A stretch of 64,000 nucleotides of DNA, from contig JAYZQJ010000033.1 of assembly GCA_036149055.1 (NCBI GenBank), forward strand, positions 64,001-128,000, given 5' to 3'. The notes beneath the pieces are model-generated. The model was given only the letters and a program-made list of their open reading frames with translations, searched no databases and was not told where the DNA came from. Positions within the stretch are counted from its first letter, which is position 1. The number at the start of each line of letters is the position of its first letter. Position numbers and translations under genes: made by a program. The DNA comes from Myxococcota bacterium (lineage in GTDB: Bacteria; Myxococcota_A; Polyangia; Polyangiales; Sandaracinaceae). Shown piece by piece: positions 46,579 through 56,579 of this stretch.

Positions 46579-47661
46579 GCGGCGCGTCTTGTAGCGGTGC
46601 CAGCCGAGCGCGACGGCGCAGGTGACCGCGAGGAGCAAGAGCGCCACCGCGATCGCCGCCGGCAGCGACAGCGCGTGGCCGATGACGCGGTACAGCCCCA
46701 CCCCGCCCGCGTAGAGCACGACGAGGTGGAACGCGTAGAGGGTCAGCGTCTCGCCCGCGAGGATCGACAGCCGGCGCGGGAGCCGCACGATCGGGCGCTC
46801 GGCGAAGGCGAGCAGCGCCACGAACGCGAGCACGACCGCGAGCTTGACGAGGTTGAAGCCGGGCAGCGCGTTGTGGTGCACGCCCGCCGGCGCGTCGCCG
46901 AGGCGCGCGAGGACCGCGAGGCCGCAGACCAGCGCGGCGCAGGCGAGGAGGCGCGGCAGCGGCAGGCGCGCGTCGGTCCGGGTGCCGTGCGGCAGCGCCA
47001 CCGCGCCGATCACCACGCCGGCGAAGACGTAGCCGGCCCACGGCGTCAGCGGGAAGAGCGAGCCGCCGCGGTGGGTGAGGTAGTTCAGCGCGAAGCGGAG
47101 CGGGCCGGCCGGCTCGATGGCGTCGGTGAGCGGGGCGGCGGCGAAGCACACCGCGGCGAGGAACGCGCTCAGCAGCACCACCTGACGCGGGCCGCGCGAG
47201 AGCACGGTGATCGCCTCGAGGAGCACGATGCAGAGACCGATGCACTGCAGCACGTCGGCGATGAGGAACTCGCGCACGGCCGCGTCGGCGTCCCCGAAGA
47301 ACAGCCCGGCCGGGAAGTGCAGCAGGTAGCCGACGAGCATCAGGAAGCCGCCGCGGCGGAAGCGCGCGATCACCTTGGCGCGGTCGCCGACGTGGGCGTC
47401 GAAGCGCGCGAGGGTCGAGAGGTGGAAGCTGAGGCCCGCGGCCACCATGAACGAGACGCTCGTCAGCCCGCGCACCCAGGTCCAGCCGTCGTAGACCGCG
47501 CCGCTCCGCAGCTCCTCGGCCAGGAGCGCGTCGATCGAGTGGCCGACGATCATCTGGAACGACGCCACCAGCCGCAGCAGATCCACGAAGTGGATCCGGC
47601 GGCCGCGCGCGCCCGAGGCGACGGAGGCGGCGTCGGCGGAGATGGCGAGGGCGCGGGCCAC
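46573..47661 (-). CDS. Multi-pass membrane acyltransferase-like protein (DUF1624/HGSNAT-like)
   Basis: RIHFVDLLR.....MIVGH, F...AG.S, DVLQCIG, FPLTPW.GY, L.LY.FH. Start uncertain. Confidence 0.75.
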   Translation of the reverse strand: MARALAISADAASVASGARGRRIHFVDLLRLVASFQMIVGHSIDALLAEELRSGAVYDGWTWVRGLTSVSFMVAAGLSFHLSTLARFDAHVGDRAKVIARFRRGGFLMLVGYLLHFPAGLFFGDADAAVREFLIADVLQCIGLCIVLLEAITVLSRGPRQVVLLSAFLAAVCFAAAPLTDAIEPAGPLRFALNYLTHRGGSLFPLTPWAGYVFAGVVIGAVALPHGTRTDARLPLPRLLACAALVCGLAVLARLGDAPAGVHHNALPGFNLVKLAVVLAFVALLAFAERPIVRLPRRLSILAGETLTLYAFHLVVLYAGGVGLYRVIGHALSLPAAIAVALLLLAVTCAVALGWHRYKTRRS

Positions 47662-47750
47662 GGCACGCCGATCTAGCACGGGCGGGCCGGCTCGCAGCTG
47701 GCCCCGCGGCGTACTACCCTCGTGAGGTTCTTCTTGCTTGGGGGTGGACG

Positions 47751-48737
47751 ATGACCTGGACGCGATGGGGGCTGGTGCTCGGGCTGTGCGCGCTCGGAGC
47801 AGGCGCGGTCGGCTGCGGCGGAGAGTCGCCGGGGAGCGACGACGGAGGCGTGGACGCCTCGACCGGCATGGACGCGGCGCTCGCGCGCGACGCGGCCACC
47901 GAAGACGACGGCAGCCTGCCCGACGACGGCGGCCTGCCCGACGACGGCGCGACCCCGCCCGAGGACGGCGGCGGGATGGAGGACGCCTCGCGCCCCGACG
48001 ACGCCTCCGCGCCGACCGACGCGGGCGGCGCCTGCCGGACCGACGCGCAGTGCGGGGACACCGACTATTGCGCCAAGGCCGCCTGCGACGCCCGGACCGG
48101 CGCGTGCACGAGGAAGCCGACGATCTGCCCGGACGTGTTCGACCCGGTCTGCGGCTGCGACGGCCGCACCTACGGCAACGGCTGCGAGGCGGCCGCGGCC
48201 GGGGCGAACGTCGCCTCCCGCGGGGCCTGCGGGGCCCCGGACGCCGGCGCGCCCGACGGCGGCGGCGGCTGCTCGGACAACTCCGACTGCCCGCGCTCGG
48301 CGTACTGCGCGAAGGCGGCCGGGGACTGCCGCGGCGTGGGGACGTGCATGACGCGCCCCTCGATCTGCCCCAGCGTCTTCGACCCGGTGTGCGGCTGCGA
48401 CGGCATGACCTACTCGAACGCCTGCGTGGCCTCATCGAGCGGCGAGAACGTCGCGTCGCGCGGCGAGTGCGGCGGGACCATGTGCGCGCTCAGCCCGCGC
48501 ACGACCTGCTGCTTCGACGACGGCGACTGCGCCAGCCCGGGCGGCCCGTCGCGGCTGCGCTGCGAGGGCGCCGCGTGCAGCCCGGGCGGCGAGGGCACCT
48601 GCGTGGACGCCGCGCTCCCGCCGGGCCGCTGCTGGAACGACGGGGACTGCCCGGCCGGCAGCACCTGCATGAGCCCCAACCGCTGCCCCTGCGGCGCGCG
48701 CTGCCTCGTGCCCGACAGCCCGGGGACCTGTAGCTGA
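47751..48737 (+). CDS. Cys-rich lipoprotein with two Kazal-type domains
   Basis: Lipobox AVGC; Asp/Gly/Ala linker; CPDVFDPVCGCDGRTYGNGC and CPSVFDPVCGCDGMTYSNAC. Confidence 0.85.
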   Translation: MTWTRWGLVLGLCALGAGAVGCGGESPGSDDGGVDASTGMDAALARDAATEDDGSLPDDGGLPDDGATPPEDGGGMEDASRPDDASAPTDAGGACRTDAQCGDTDYCAKAACDARTGACTRKPTICPDVFDPVCGCDGRTYGNGCEAAAAGANVASRGACGAPDAGAPDGGGGCSDNSDCPRSAYCAKAAGDCRGVGTCMTRPSICPSVFDPVCGCDGMTYSNACVASSSGENVASRGECGGTMCALSPRTTCCFDDGDCASPGGPSRLRCEGAACSPGGEGTCVDAALPPGRCWNDGDCPAGSTCMSPNRCPCGARCLVPDSPGTCS

Positions 48738-48741
48738 GACC

Positions 48742-50403
48742 ATGAGACGCGCCGTCCTCGCCCTCCTGCTCGCCAGCTGCGCCGGCCCGGGGCCGTCGTC
48801 GCTCCCGGTCTCGCTCACCGGGCGGCTCACCGACGCCTACTCGGGCGCGCCGGTCCCCGGCGCCAGGGTGAGCGCGCCGCGCGAGGGCGCGGTCGCCCTC
48901 ACCGACGCGCGCGGCCGCTTCCACCTCGAGGTGGGCCCCGGGCCGCACCGGCTCCGGCTCGAGGCCGACGGCTACCTGCCGGGCGAGCGGGTCGCCGCGC
49001 GGCCGGGAGACGAGGTCGAGGCGGTCGTCTTTCCGCGCGCCCCGGACCACGCCGCGATCGCGGCTCACTTCGCGACGCTCGCGCGCCCCGAGGACGCGCC
49101 CACCGAGCGTGCGGTCACCGGCGACGCGGCGGTCGAAGACGTGGGCGCGGCGGTCTGGGCGCACCACGACGGCCCTCGCCTCCCCGAGACCATCCGGGTC
49201 TGGCGGGCGGCGGGCACCGCGCTCCAGCCCCGCTCGCCGAGCTTCGCCGACCGCTCCTGCGACCCCGACGCCGTGGTCGAGGTGCTGCCCTTCGAGGAGT
49301 ACGTGAAGGGCGTGATCCCGCACGAGTGGATCCCCTCGTGGGACCCCGAGGCCTTGCGCGCCGGGGCCATCGCGGCCCGCAGCTACGCGGCGTCGCACGC
49401 GCTCGGCGGCGGTCGCTGGGACTGCGCCGACGTCGACGACGGCACGGTGACCCAGGTCTACCGCGACGACCGCGCGGAGCCGACCAACGCGGCGGTGGAC
49501 GCGACCCGAGGTCAGGTCGTGGTGCGCGACGGCGCCGTGGTGCGGGCGGAGTACAGCGCCGAGAACGGCGGCCGCACCGAGCACGACGTCGACGATCCGA
49601 CGTGCGCAGGCACCGACCGCCACGGGCACGGGCGCGGCATGTGCCAGTGGGGCACCCAGCGCTGGGCGACCGGGGTCTGCGCCAACCCGCCGTGCGACTT
49701 CGGCGCGTTCGGCCCCGAGCCGAAGGACCACCTCTGGATGGTCGAGCACTACTTCCCCGGCGCCACCGCCTCCGGCGGGCCCCACGAGGTCGAGCCGTGC
49801 GCGGTGCTGCCGCCCGAGGGCGGGGTGCTCGAGGAGAGCGGCCCGTGCTTCGAGGCCTTCGGGCCGGGAGAGTACTGGCGCTTCGAGAGCTTCGGTCACG
49901 GCGGCTCGCTCACCTGGACCAACGCCTACGAGTCGACGAGCCCGAGCAACTGGTCACGGTTCTCGCTCTTCTTCGCCGAGCCCGGTCGCTACCGGGTGGA
50001 GGTCTACGTGGAGCCCGGCTTCGGGGGGCACACCGCCATCCCCTACACGATCACGCACGCCGGCGGCGACGAGCGGCTCCTCTTCGACCAGCGCGCGGCC
50101 TCGGGCTGGGTGACGCTCGCGGAGCTCGACTTCGACGACGCGGGCGCGCTGCGCGTCGACGACCACACGGGCGGCCCGCTCGATGACGATCGACGCATCG
50201 CGCTCGACGCGGTGCGCCTCACCCGGCTCGACGGGCCGGGCGGCCCCGACGGGGGCGCCGGGGGGGCGCGCGGGGTCGGCGGCGGCCCGCTCGAGGCACG
50301 CGGCGGACGCGGGCTCGGCGGCTGCGCCGCGTCCGGTCGGGGCCCGGGAGTCGGGTGGCTGCCGGCGCTCGCGCTGCTCGCCTTGCTCCGGCGACGACGC
50401 TGA
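48742..50403 (+). CDS. SpoIID/LytB-domain protein with N-terminal carboxypeptidase-regulatory-like domain and MYXO-CTERM
   Basis: EEYVKGVIPHE...W..EALRAGAIAARSYA, TQVY, AVDATRG, GHGRGMCQWG, HYFPG; tail GGCAASG...LALLALLRRRR. Confidence 0.85.
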   Translation: MRRAVLALLLASCAGPGPSSLPVSLTGRLTDAYSGAPVPGARVSAPREGAVALTDARGRFHLEVGPGPHRLRLEADGYLPGERVAARPGDEVEAVVFPRAPDHAAIAAHFATLARPEDAPTERAVTGDAAVEDVGAAVWAHHDGPRLPETIRVWRAAGTALQPRSPSFADRSCDPDAVVEVLPFEEYVKGVIPHEWIPSWDPEALRAGAIAARSYAASHALGGGRWDCADVDDGTVTQVYRDDRAEPTNAAVDATRGQVVVRDGAVVRAEYSAENGGRTEHDVDDPTCAGTDRHGHGRGMCQWGTQRWATGVCANPPCDFGAFGPEPKDHLWMVEHYFPGATASGGPHEVEPCAVLPPEGGVLEESGPCFEAFGPGEYWRFESFGHGGSLTWTNAYESTSPSNWSRFSLFFAEPGRYRVEVYVEPGFGGHTAIPYTITHAGGDERLLFDQRAASGWVTLAELDFDDAGALRVDDHTGGPLDDDRRIALDAVRLTRLDGPGGPDGGAGGARGVGGGPLEARGGRGLGGCAASGRGPGVGWLPALALLALLRRRR

Positions 50404-50441
50404 CCCTTCCCTCTCCGGCGTCACGACCCCATGCTCGCGCC

Positions 50442-51614
50442 ATGGTGGACGAAGAGGTGGACGGAGACGTGCTCGTGGTCGGCGCCGGCATCGGCGGTCT
50501 CGCGTTGGCGGCCGGGCTCGAGCGCGCCGGGATCCCCTACCGCGTGTTCGAGCGGGCCCCCGCGCTCGGCGAGATCGGCGCCGGGCTCGGCCTCTGGGCG
50601 AACGCGATCCGCGCGCTCGACACGCTCGGCGTGCCGCTCGGCTTCCTCGACGGAGGCGCCTCCACCGTCCAGCGCGGCGAGGCGGCCACCGCGTCGGGGT
50701 CGGTGCTCTCGGCCTTCGACGTCGCCGCGCTGAGCGCGGAGCTCGGCGCGCGCTCCCATGTCGTGCACAGGGGTGAGCTGCACGCGGCGCTCGCCGCGGC
50801 GGTGCCCGAGGCGCGCGTCACCCTCGGCGCCGAGTGCGCGGGGCTCGAGCCGGACGACGACGGCGTCACCGTGCGCTTCGCGGACGGGTCCGAGGCGCGC
50901 GGCGCGATCGTGGTCGGCGCGGACGGCCTGTGGTCCGCGGTGCGCGCCGCGGCGTTCGGCGACGCGCCCCCGGTCTACGCCGGCGAGACCTGCTACCGGG
51001 CGGTGGCCGCGCACGACGCCCCGGACCCCGACGTGCTGCGCGAGGTGCAGGGCCGCGGGCTGCGCTGCTGCGTGACGTCGCTGGGACCCGGGCGGGTCTA
51101 CTGGTGGGCCACCGAGCGCCGGGCCGAGGGCGACGTGGTGCCCGAGGCGGAGCGCAAGGCGCGCCTGACCGAGCTCTTCGCGGGCTTCGCCTTCGGCTTC
51201 CCGGAGGCGCTGGCCGCCACCGCGCCGGACGCGATCCTGCAGAACGACCTCTACGACCGACCGCCGCTGCCGCGCTGGAGCGCCGGCCGGGTCACGCTCC
51301 TCGGCGACGCCGCGCATCCCTCCACCCCGAACCTCGGCCAGGGCGCGTGCATGGCCATCGAGGACGCGGTGGTGCTCACCCGCGCGCTCGCGCGTCACGA
51401 CACGCCGCGGGACGCCTTCGCGGCCTACGAGGCGGAGCGCCGCGACCGCTGCTACGGCATCGTCAAGCAGTCGCGCACCCTCGGCCGGGTGGGGTCGTGG
51501 TCGAACCCGGCGCTGGTGGCCGTGCGCGAGGCGAGCATGCGGCTGACGCCGCGGTGGCTGATGACGCGCATGATGCGCGCGCAGATCGGCTACGACGCCG
51601 GCCCGCTCGCCTGA
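50442..51614 (+). CDS. FAD-dependent monooxygenase
   Basis: VVGAGIGGL, VGADGLWSAVR, LLGDAAH...PNLGQGACMAIEDA. Confidence 0.93.
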   Translation: MVDEEVDGDVLVVGAGIGGLALAAGLERAGIPYRVFERAPALGEIGAGLGLWANAIRALDTLGVPLGFLDGGASTVQRGEAATASGSVLSAFDVAALSAELGARSHVVHRGELHAALAAAVPEARVTLGAECAGLEPDDDGVTVRFADGSEARGAIVVGADGLWSAVRAAAFGDAPPVYAGETCYRAVAAHDAPDPDVLREVQGRGLRCCVTSLGPGRVYWWATERRAEGDVVPEAERKARLTELFAGFAFGFPEALAATAPDAILQNDLYDRPPLPRWSAGRVTLLGDAAHPSTPNLGQGACMAIEDAVVLTRALARHDTPRDAFAAYEAERRDRCYGIVKQSRTLGRVGSWSNPALVAVREASMRLTPRWLMTRMMRAQIGYDAGPLA

Positions 51615-51643
51615 ACGCGGAACGGCGTTAGGTTGAGTGGCGC

Positions 51644-52318
51644 ATGCGCAGGGCCGCCCCCATCGCCGCGCTCGTGCTCCTCGTCGCGAGCGTCGCCTCC
51701 GCCAACGCGACCGCTCCCGGCAGCCGGGGCGCGTCGCGGGTGATGGACGTGCTGGAGCACGTGCGCGAGAACCTCGAGGAGACCCGCTACTCGCATCAGC
51801 GGCGCGTGCGCGAGCACCGCGGCCAGTACTTCTTCGACTGCTCGGGCATGGTGCAGTGGGTGCTGTCGCGGGCGTCGCGCCGCAGCATGCTCGACCTCGA
51901 CGAAGGCGAGCGGCCGCTGGCGATCCACTTCGTCCGGCGCATCCGCCGCGCCCCCACCGACCGCTACCGCGCGGGCTGGCGCCGCATCGAGCGGCTGAGC
52001 GACGTGCGCCCCGGCGACGTCTTCGCCTGGCGCCGACCGGACGGCTTCCGCAGCCGGAACACCGGCCACGTCGGCTTCGTGGTCGCGCCGCCGCGCCGCT
52101 ACCAGGACACGTCGATCTACCTGCTCCGCCTCGCCGACGCCTCGCGCTACGTGCACCAGGACGACACCCGCCCGTGGCCCGGCCCCGGCGGGTTCGGACA
52201 CGGCACGATGGCGTTCCTCGCCGACGAGGAGGGCCGCCCGATCGGCTACGCCTGGGCCGGGCTCCACAGCCGCGGCTTCCGCGAGACCGAGATCGTCTTC
52301 GGCCGCCCCGGCCCGTAG
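51644..52318 (+). CDS. Secreted NlpC/P60-like cysteine amidase/peptidase
   Basis: Signal peptide; FDCSGMV.WVL, VRPGDV, TGHVGFV (Cys-His dyad). Confidence 0.72.
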   Translation: MRRAAPIAALVLLVASVASANATAPGSRGASRVMDVLEHVRENLEETRYSHQRRVREHRGQYFFDCSGMVQWVLSRASRRSMLDLDEGERPLAIHFVRRIRRAPTDRYRAGWRRIERLSDVRPGDVFAWRRPDGFRSRNTGHVGFVVAPPRRYQDTSIYLLRLADASRYVHQDDTRPWPGPGGFGHGTMAFLADEEGRPIGYAWAGLHSRGFRETEIVFGRPGP

Positions 52319-52339
52319 ACGGCCGCGAAGCAGCCGGCT

Positions 52340-52446
52340 CCCGTGCCGGTGCCCGCGTGCGCAGCACGTTCATTTCCGGCCATCGGCGCCCTCGACGACC
52401 CGCGTCTCGTAGCGGGCACGGGCACGGGCACGGGCAGGGGCACGGG
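52340..52446. repeat. GGGCAC hexamer tandem repeat with an upstream inverted copy
   Basis: About 5.5 GGGCAC units at 52412-52446; CCCGTGCCGGTGCCCGC at 52340-52356 is complementary. Lies between convergent genes. Confidence 0.7.
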
Positions 52447-52457
52447 TATCAGGGCGC

Positions 52458-52885
52458 TCACGCGCCCTGATGCCACCCCTCGATCGCGCCGAACACCCCA
52501 CGCAGCTGGTCGACCCGCGCGTCGCGCTGCTCGCCCAGGTAGGACAGCGGCGGGTGCGCGCCCCAGATCGCGCCCGGCCAGGCGTCGTCGCCCTCGAAGC
52601 GCGCGATGACGTGCACGTGGAGCTGCGGCACCGTGTTGCCGAGCGCGGCGACGTTCATCTTGTCGGCCGACAGCGCCGCCTGCATCGCCGCGGCGACCGC
52701 CGCCTGCTCCTCCATGAGGGTGGCGCGGTCCCGGACGGACAGCCCGTGGATCTCGCGCACGCCCTCGCGGCGCGGCACGAGGATCACCCAGGGATAGCGG
52801 CCGTCGAGGCAGAGCAGCACCCGACAGAGCGGCAGCTCGCCGAGGACCAGCGTGTCCGCCTCGAGGCGCGGGTGCAGCGCGAAGC

Positions 52886-52889
<4 letters not shown>
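52458..52889 (-). CDS. HIT family protein
   Basis: [42 protein letters not shown]. Confidence 0.93.
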
Positions 52890-54388
<1,499 letters not shown>

Positions 54389-54445
54389 GAGCGCTGCTTA
54401 TCCGACCCCACCCGCCTGTCAAGCCGCACCCGCCTCGAGGCCGGG

Positions 54446-54853
54446 TCAGCCTTCGAGGAAGCGCTTGGCGGACTCGGCCCCAGCCTCGATGAGCCCGAGG
54501 AGGCGGCGGACGACGCGATCCTCGTCGCGCTCGGCCTCGACCTCCGCGGACCAGATCACCGTGCAGCCCTCGCCGCGGCGGAGCACCTGGACGCGGCCGC
54601 GGTAGATCCGCAGGGGGTCCTGACCGGCGACGTGCGCGTAGGCGTAGCCGTCGTCGTGGAGGGCGGTGAGGCGCTCGACCGCCTCGGAGCCGTCGCTGAG
54701 GGTGAGCGTGCGGGTCGCGCCGACGCCCTCGCCCTCCACGTCGCAGGTGGCGACCATCGGGTGGAAGTCGTTGAGGATGCTGAAGTCGCCGACGAGGTCC
54801 AGCACGTCCTCGAAGGGCGCGTCGACGTCGAGGCGGTGCTCGAGCTCGGCCAT
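54446..54853 (-). CDS. SRPBCC (polyketide cyclase/START-like) family protein
   Basis: VGDF.....FHP....C..EGEGVGATRTL......ERL pattern. Confidence 0.82.
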   Translation of the reverse strand: MAELEHRLDVDAPFEDVLDLVGDFSILNDFHPMVATCDVEGEGVGATRTLTLSDGSEAVERLTALHDDGYAYAHVAGQDPLRIYRGRVQVLRRGEGCTVIWSAEVEAERDEDRVVRRLLGLIEAGAESAKRFLEG

Positions 54854-54869
54854 GCCCCGAGGATACGCG

Positions 54870-55823
54870 TCAACGCGGGCGCACGACCACACACACGCCG
54901 TCTTCGGCCACCTGGACCGGGCCGGCGTAGCGGGCGCGGATCTCGCCGAGGCCGCCGTCGAGCTCGGCGAGCGCGCGGCGCATGAGGTGGGAGAGCACGA
55001 GCCGGCCGACCCGGGCCTCGGCCGCGACCTCGCCGATCCGGCTGGGCGGCGCGTGCAGCTCGGCCGCGGTCCCGTCCGCGCCCTCGGGGATCGCCATGTG
55101 CGCGACCAGCACGTCGGCCTCCTCGGCGAGCGCGAGGAAGCTCGGCGTGTCGAGGCGCTGGTCCCCGGTGAAGGCCACGCTCGCGTCGCCCACCCGGACC
55201 AGGAAGCCGAGCGCGGGCACCGGGCCGTGGGGCACGCCGACCGCGCGCACGGTGAGGCGCTCGCTCTCGAAGACGTCGAGGGGCGCGCTCTCGATCGACA
55301 CGTCGCGAGGGCGGATCACGAACGGCTGCCCCTCGGCCAGGTAGCCGTCGAGGTACATGTAGCCGCCCGGCGAGAGGAGGTGCCGGACGTGCTCGGTCGT
55401 GTCGGGGAAGGCGCCCTCGCCGGTCGGCCCGAAGATGCGCAGCTCGCGCTCCCGCGCGCCGAAGCTCGATGACTTGAGGAACGCGGCGAGGTCCCCGGAG
55501 TGGTCGACGTGCAGGTGGCTGAGGAGCACCACGTCGAGGTCCGCCGGGTCCGCGCCGCTCGCCCCGTAGGCCCGCATCGTGCCCGGGCCGAGGTCGACGA
55601 GGGCCCGGACGCGGCCGTCGACCCAGACCGCGTAGCCGGTGCTCGCGCGGCCGTCCGAGTCGGCGACCGGGCCCCCCGAGCCGAGCACCTGGACCGCGAC
55701 CGACGCCTCCCGGCACGCGCGCGCGTGGTCGGCGCGCTCCACGGTGTGCACCACCGCGGCCGGCGCCTGCGGGTACGTGCAGCCGCCGAGGATCAGGAGC
55801 GCCAGCGTCGCGGCTCGCTTCAT
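54870..55823 (-). CDS. Lipoprotein MBL-fold metallo-hydrolase (RNase Z/AtsA-like)
   Basis: Lipobox LGGC; VLGSGGP, SHLHVDHSGD, VPHG, FTGD, LVLSH. Confidence 0.87.
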   Translation of the reverse strand: MKRAATLALLILGGCTYPQAPAAVVHTVERADHARACREASVAVQVLGSGGPVADSDGRASTGYAVWVDGRVRALVDLGPGTMRAYGASGADPADLDVVLLSHLHVDHSGDLAAFLKSSSFGARERELRIFGPTGEGAFPDTTEHVRHLLSPGGYMYLDGYLAEGQPFVIRPRDVSIESAPLDVFESERLTVRAVGVPHGPVPALGFLVRVGDASVAFTGDQRLDTPSFLALAEEADVLVAHMAIPEGADGTAAELHAPPSRIGEVAAEARVGRLVLSHLMRRALAELDGGLGEIRARYAGPVQVAEDGVCVVVRPR

Positions 55824-55836
55824 GCCGGCCCTCTAC

Positions 55837-56550
55837 TCACCGGAGTCGGTCGCGCAAGCCCTGCACCACGTGGTCGGCGTCGAGGGCGTTGCGGACGACG
55901 AAGCCGAGGACCTGGCGCGCGTATCCGTCGTGCGCCTCCTGGGTGGCCGACGGCTCGCTGTGGGAGTGCCACCAGCTCCCGGCGGCAGTGGCCAGCTTCA
56001 CCGCGGCCGCCGCGTCGTGCAGGAGCGCCCGGTTCGCCGGGTCCTGGTTCTTCTTGCGGTAGCGCTCGAGGTCGTGCTGGTCGTGCCCCTCTTCGGGCTC
56101 GGCGAGGTTGCGGGCGCTGGTCGCGAGCGCGTGGCACGCGTCGACCCCCTGCTGGATGGCGTTGGCGAGCACGGCGCCTTGCTGCGACTGGTGCCAGGCG
56201 CGGACCTCGCGGCGCACCTGCTCGGCGAGCTCCCAGGTGGCCCAGATCTCCTCGAACCCGGAGGCGCGCTGGCTCCACTTCACCACCGCGTTGACGATCT
56301 GCATCGGGCGCGCGTCGGTCGCGCCGCCGCTCCAGTGCTGCCACGCGTCGCTGCAGCACTTGGCCGCCGCCTGGAGCACGAGGTCGACGGGCAGCCCCGC
56401 CGCCGCGGCCATCTCGATGAGGAACGCGGGCTCCTCGCACGAGTCCCAGGCTCGCGCGTAGTCCTGGTTCAGCTCCTGGAGGAGCATCATCAGGTCCGTG
56501 TCCCGGATCCCTTCGCGCGTCGGGAGGGTCAGCCAGCGCTCCGTCGCCAT
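55837..56550 (-). CDS. Hypothetical helical protein
   Basis: 237-aa ORF with coding-like composition, 29 nt downstream of the addA-like gene. Confidence 0.75.
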   Translation of the reverse strand: MATERWLTLPTREGIRDTDLMMLLQELNQDYARAWDSCEEPAFLIEMAAAAGLPVDLVLQAAAKCCSDAWQHWSGGATDARPMQIVNAVVKWSQRASGFEEIWATWELAEQVRREVRAWHQSQQGAVLANAIQQGVDACHALATSARNLAEPEEGHDQHDLERYRKKNQDPANRALLHDAAAAVKLATAAGSWWHSHSEPSATQEAHDGYARQVLGFVVRNALDADHVVQGLRDRLR

Positions 56551-56579
56551 GGGGCCGAGACACTACCAGACGGGCCGAT

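Noticed and set aside
47900..48010. Short tandem repeats (CCTGCCCGACGACGGCG)
   Set aside because: Encode the Asp/Gly linker of the Kazal lipoprotein.
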